From Microcoleus sp. (GTDB taxonomy: Bacteria; Cyanobacteriota; Cyanobacteriia; Cyanobacteriales; Microcoleaceae): a DNA stretch of 64,000 bases. The notes under the pieces are model-generated. The model had not been told where the DNA came from, did not search any database, and saw nothing but the letters and a program-made list of their open reading frames with translations. Of the stretch, positions 61,591-64,000 are shown one piece after another. Position numbers and translations under genes: made by a program. Location: positions 2,848,001 through 2,912,000 of the forward strand of contig CP181291.1 in the NCBI GenBank assembly GCA_052279835.1, read 5' to 3'. Positions within the stretch are counted from its first letter, which is position 1. Each line of letters begins with the position of its first letter.

Positions 61591-63804
61591 TTAACTAAGA
61601 AAAGAACGGACTGTCACGATCGCCAAATTCAGATCCAGGGGCTTGCTCAAATAATCAGAAGCTCCAGCTTCCAAACAGCGATCGCGATCCCCAGGCATCG
61701 CCATTGCAGTTACCGCAATCATCGGCACAGACTTCCACACAGGATCTGCCTTAACTCGTCGCATCAACTCAAAACCATCAACATCGGGTAACTGAATATC
61801 CATCAAAATCAAATCCGGCAGCAACTCCGGGGCGTTAATCGCCACCGCCATCCGATCGAGCATCCCCGAACCATCAGCAATCATCTCTACCCCATAGCCC
61901 TCCAATTCCAGCACCTCAGAAATCAACATTTGGTTCAAAGGCTGGTCTTCAACCACCAAAATCCGCTTGCTACCGATGGGTAAAGGCATCGCAGAGGCAG
62001 AGCTAAAACCGGAGTCTAGGGAAGAAGCCACAGATATTGCCAACTCTTGACGCATCTCCGTCAAAGGTAGCCAAACGCGGAACCGACTTCCCCGATCGCA
62101 ACTAGACTGAAAAGAAACAGTCCCCCCGTGCAATTCTGCCAGTCGTTTAGTCAAAGCCAAACCCAAACCAGTACCTTCGTGGCGCTTAGTCAGAGAAGAA
62201 TCCACCTGTTGAAAAGGTCGAAACAACAAGTGCCAGCGGTCTTCAGGAATGCCGATACCGGAGTCTTTGACCTCAAAACAAAAATAAGGTGTGCTGGCAT
62301 TTACAGGAGAACAATCAGGGCGATAATCGCCGTTAATTTCATTACCGTAGGCCAAACGCCCGCTGAGTTTCACTTTCCCCTGCTCTGGGGTAAATTTGAC
62401 GGCATTGGAAAGTAAATTAATCACAATTTGTCGGACTCGCCGTTCGTCGAGCAAAACCTTAGTAATGCGGTAGTCGAGTTCCAAAGACAAAGCGATGCGT
62501 TTTTTGTCAGCCCGCGGCTGAATCATTTTCAGACAGTCCGTAGCCAGTTCGTGAACGCGAACCGGCTGTAAATTCAGCTCTGTTTTGCCAGCTTCAATTT
62601 TAGAAAGGTCGAGAATATCATTGATTAGCTGCAACAAGTGCTGGCCGCTTTTTTCAATCAATTCTACGTACTGGACTTGTCGGTTGCTCAACTGTCCGGC
62701 TGTTTGCCGCAGTAGCAAGTCAGAAAAGCCGAGAATGCTGTTGAGAGGTGTCCGCAATTCGTGGGACATTGATGCCAGAAACTCGGATTTCAACTGAGAA
62801 GAATACTCTAATTGTTGATTAACTTGGCGCAAGTCTTCTTGTGCCTGGGCCCGCTCGATGGCGGCTCCCAGAGTCCGACAAGCAGCTTCGAGTACGTCTT
62901 GGTGGAGTGCGGTTTGTAGTTGTTTGACGTTGCGGGACTCCAGGGTTAGTACGCCGATAATTGTACCGTCGGTGGCGGCGATCGGGAAAATGCCCAATTG
63001 ACCGATGCCGGGATGCCGAAATTGCGGCACTGCATTGGGATGTTTGGCATAATCCTCCACAAACAAAGGTTTACCAGTTGCTACTACTTCCCACAACAAA
63101 CCGGTGCCGTAGGGAATGCCTTTGTCGAGGAGTTCTTGCATACCTGCGGCTACTGGTTCCCCGTAACTAGCCAGAAATTGAGTGGAAACTTGGTTAGAAA
63201 TTGCTGCGGCTTGTCGTTCGTTTCCCTTGCCGCTAATCACCTTCACATCTCCGAAAGCGGCATTCATGGCTTCTACTAGATAGCTGAGGGCAAATTGACC
63301 GATTTCTTGCAAACTTTTCGAGTTTTGCAGCCGTTCAGTTAAACCTAGGAGAAATCTCAGTCGCCTGACTTCGGCGTTTAAGCTAGCTTGAGAGTTGTGG
63401 TATATGGTAACATCTCTAAATGTAAATAGCCGTCCGCCGCTGCGGGTGATAGTGGCGCTGGCTTCTAAACAAACCCCATTGGATTGCTCGAAATAAAATG
63501 ATACATTGTCATTTTGAGTTTTTTCTAGTGCTTGCTGAAACTGTTCCCACTGCTGAAGTGACCAGTAACCCCGATCGACTATTTCCGCAAACAGCAAGTA
63601 TGACTTGGGCTTGGTTGCCAGCCATTCTGGGGCGATTCCCCAGGTCCCGGCCAATTTTTGGTTAAACAAAACTAAGTTGTCAGAGGAGTCGAACAGAGCG
63701 ATCGCATTGTCTACTTGGTTGAGAATCAATTCTTGGTCTGCCCTCAACTGCTGCAAGTCTCTCTCCATTTTTTCTGTGTTGGTAGCTCTTAGTTTTGTCG
63801 TCAT
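61591..63804 (-). CDS. Hybrid histidine kinase PAS-GAF-HisKA-HATPase-REC
   Basis: FLASMSHELRTPLN, NLLSNAVKF, EGTGLGLAL, LMDIQLP. Confidence 0.93.
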   Translation of the reverse strand: MTTKLRATNTEKMERDLQQLRADQELILNQVDNAIALFDSSDNLVLFNQKLAGTWGIAPEWLATKPKSYLLFAEIVDRGYWSLQQWEQFQQALEKTQNDNVSFYFEQSNGVCLEASATITRSGGRLFTFRDVTIYHNSQASLNAEVRRLRFLLGLTERLQNSKSLQEIGQFALSYLVEAMNAAFGDVKVISGKGNERQAAAISNQVSTQFLASYGEPVAAGMQELLDKGIPYGTGLLWEVVATGKPLFVEDYAKHPNAVPQFRHPGIGQLGIFPIAATDGTIIGVLTLESRNVKQLQTALHQDVLEAACRTLGAAIERAQAQEDLRQVNQQLEYSSQLKSEFLASMSHELRTPLNSILGFSDLLLRQTAGQLSNRQVQYVELIEKSGQHLLQLINDILDLSKIEAGKTELNLQPVRVHELATDCLKMIQPRADKKRIALSLELDYRITKVLLDERRVRQIVINLLSNAVKFTPEQGKVKLSGRLAYGNEINGDYRPDCSPVNASTPYFCFEVKDSGIGIPEDRWHLLFRPFQQVDSSLTKRHEGTGLGLALTKRLAELHGGTVSFQSSCDRGSRFRVWLPLTEMRQELAISVASSLDSGFSSASAMPLPIGSKRILVVEDQPLNQMLISEVLELEGYGVEMIADGSGMLDRMAVAINAPELLPDLILMDIQLPDVDGFELMRRVKADPVWKSVPMIAVTAMAMPGDRDRCLEAGASDYLSKPLDLNLAIVTVRSFLS

Positions 63805-64000
63805 ATTTTTTTAATGATCTGCCAAAAAGTATTTTAAAATTATTTATTTAATTTGACATACTTTGATGATTTTTGACAGTGAGGGCGATCGATCTAGCTT
63901 GTGATCTTAGACACTGGCTTTGGTTGATTAAACATCCCGCACCAACTCAAATAATAACCCGGTTTTTTCGGCAAACCGGGTCGTTAACTGTGCTTTTTTT

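Larger units (their letters stand above)
1..64000. repeat. HIP1 octamer (GCGATCGC) dispersed through the window
   Basis: Many copies in coding and intergenic DNA (e.g. near 227, 2127, 3307, 5140, 9891); a cyanobacterial hallmark. Confidence 0.95.

Noticed and set aside
1..64000. Remaining short alternative-frame and antisense ORFs; rRNA, tRNA and riboswitches
   Set aside because: The ORFs are shadows of well-supported genes; no cloverleaf, rRNA or riboswitch consensus was recognised by eye, and an Infernal/tRNAscan run would be needed to exclude them

Overview
Chromosomal window from a filamentous cyanobacterium. Dense HIP1 (GCGATCGC) sites, STRR-like heptamer arrays and the dispersed-repeat types suggest Oscillatoriales/Microcoleaceae (inference). 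In order it holds: a devBCA-type ABC exporter behind a tandem palindromic operator; a recombinase core-binding/TM/lambda-lysozyme fusion gene; YihY and CNNM membrane proteins; a 12-kb glycosylation operon whose 2273-aa protein has four different glycosyltransferase domains; ftsH and tpiA; a CHASE4 hybrid kinase; a 1031-aa helical-repeat membrane protein; AlkB; an EPS glycosyltransferase cluster downstream of GGDEF, REC-EAL and REC-LuxR genes; purN; a tnpA-less IS200/IS605 element with an apparently intact TnpB; lipA; a heptose-kinase-like gene; more hybrid kinases; hisG; and an adenylate cyclase. The best candidates for novelty are (1) the four-domain glycosylation operon, (2) the recombinase-domain/muramidase fusion with 16-bp inverted repeats upstream, (3) a protein-free mini-element that seems to keep a TnpB omegaRNA, and (4) a DevB hairpin lengthened symmetrically by 18-aa repeats. 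Two clear and one possible +1 homopolymer frameshifts may be assembly errors. No rRNA, tRNA or CRISPR array was seen. All family calls are by-eye motif recognition; no searches were run.
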